Shown here piece by piece: positions 63,197-64,000 of a stretch of DNA of 64,000 nt. Position 1 is the stretch's first letter. The number at the start of each line of letters is the position of its first letter. A program made the translations under genes and the position numbers. The stretch is from assembly GCA_963770945.1 (NCBI GenBank), contig CAVYRP010000013.1, positions 207,921 through 271,920 of the forward strand. The letters run 5' to 3'. The stretch is from an uncultured Bacteroidota bacterium (GTDB taxonomy: Bacteria > Bacteroidota > Ignavibacteria > UBA10030). The notes under the pieces were generated by a model. It worked only from the letters and a program-made list of their open reading frames with translations, was not told where the DNA came from and searched no databases.

Positions 63197-64000
63197 ATGA
63201 CAACATACAAAGAGTTAGGATTAGTCAATTCGAAAGGATTATTCCAAAAAGCAGTCAAAGGTGGATATGCAATTCCTGCCTTCAATTTCAATAATTTGGA
63301 GCAGCTGCAGGCAATCATCGGCGCTTGCGTGGAGACAAAATCGCCTGTCATCCTGCAAGTGTCAAGCGGTGCAAGGAAATATGCCAACTCCACACTTTTA
63401 AAACATCTGGCAAAGGGTGCTGTCGATTATGCAAAGGAATTGGGATTCCCGATCCCTATCGTACTTCATTTGGATCATGGCGATACATTTGAATTATGTA
63501 AGTCATGCATTGAATCCGGTTTTTCATCCGTAATGATTGACGGTTCCCATCATCCGTATGACAAGAACGTCGAACTTACAAAACAGGTTGTCGAGTATGC
63601 GCATAAATACGATGTGACAGTGGAAGGTGAATTGGGTGTTCTGGCGGGTATCGAAGATGCGGTTTCCAGCGCAGTTACGCACTATACCAAGCCGGAAGAA
63701 GTCGAGGATTTTGTAAAGAAGACCGGTGTTGATTCGCTGGCAATTTCTATCGGTACATCACATGGTGCGAATAAATTCAAACCGGAACAATGCACAAAAT
63801 CTGCAGACGGAGTACTTCTGCCGCCGCCGCTTCGTTTTGATATTTTGGAAGAAGTCGAAAAAAGAATTCCAGGTTTCCCGATTGTACTGCATGGCGCTTC
63901 CTCGGTACCTATCGAGCTGGTAAAGATCATTAATGCAAACGGCGGGAAACTGAAAGATGCGGTAGGCATTCCCGAAGACCAGCTTCGCAAAGCGGCAAAA
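63197..64000 (+). CDS. fba: class II fructose-bisphosphate aldolase, 3' end outside the window
   Basis: From ATG 63197 I translated by hand to the window edge with no stop: MTTYKELGLVNSKGLFQKAVKGGYAIPAFNFNN..ILQVSSGARKY..LHLDHG..SIGTSHGANKF..VLHGASSVP... It is not in the ORF track because it is open-ended. Confidence 0.85.
   Translation, partial: MTTYKELGLVNSKGLFQKAVKGGYAIPAFNFNNLEQLQAIIGACVETKSPVILQVSSGARKYANSTLLKHLAKGAVDYAKELGFPIPIVLHLDHGDTFELCKSCIESGFSSVMIDGSHHPYDKNVELTKQVVEYAHKYDVTVEGELGVLAGIEDAVSSAVTHYTKPEEVEDFVKKTGVDSLAISIGTSHGANKFKPEQCTKSADGVLLPPPLRFDILEEVEKRIPGFPIVLHGASSVPIELVKIINANGGKLKDAVGIPEDQLRKAAK

Noticed and set aside
63154-63990. Listed minus-strand ORFs 63154..63393 and 63682..63990, and plus-strand ORF 63726..63923.
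   Set aside because: They overlap the clearly coding fba frame (63197 onward), which has strong class II aldolase motifs.

Overview
This is a 64-kb chromosomal segment from an AT-rich bacterium. A T9SS-sorted CHRD protein and an S46 peptidase suggest the FCB group (Ignavibacteria/Bacteroidota-like), but that is inference only.

The content is mostly housekeeping:
- A complete trpEGDCFBA operon on the minus strand (1.3-7.9 kb). Upstream of it I found a 31-codon leader ORF with three consecutive Trp codons, a promoter and an intrinsic terminator, none of which is in the ORF track.
- A LonC-like protease, nth, DUF72, a CorC-type transporter, a roughly 950-aa SF1 helicase-like gene with degenerate ATPase motifs, hpnE, priA, larC and waaA.
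- A K+ island: kdpC, orf45, kdpF, kdpA, kdpB, orf61, kdpD and kdpE, plus a KimA-like APC permease.
- A MarR-headed redox cluster, a rodZ-like gene, ligA, xerD and an S46 peptidase.
- leuC and leuD separated by a MITE-like repeat, then Rrf2-cysK-metY, an ICL/PEP-mutase family gene, an IDH/IPMDH family gene, and fba truncated at the window end.

I saw no rRNA, tRNA, CRISPR array or intact mobile element. There is one decayed RayT/IS200-like transposase and several REP-like palindromes.

Major caveat: by my hand count there are about 50 single-base frame breaks. They are confined to patches (1.3-7.9, 9.9-12.3, 15.6-22.7, 24.0-25.2, 26.1-31.5, 45.2-47.4, 52.4-53.7 and 57.2-59.6 kb). Long neighbouring genes (ligA, kdpA, the APC permease, the CHRD protein) are intact. 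Broken genes are therefore reported as full-span reconstructions, and the breaks are most likely assembly indels.

I did not find a convincing multi-gene novel system. The best leads are the trp attenuator, the pseudo-helicase, and the rearranged kdp locus with extra small membrane ORFs.
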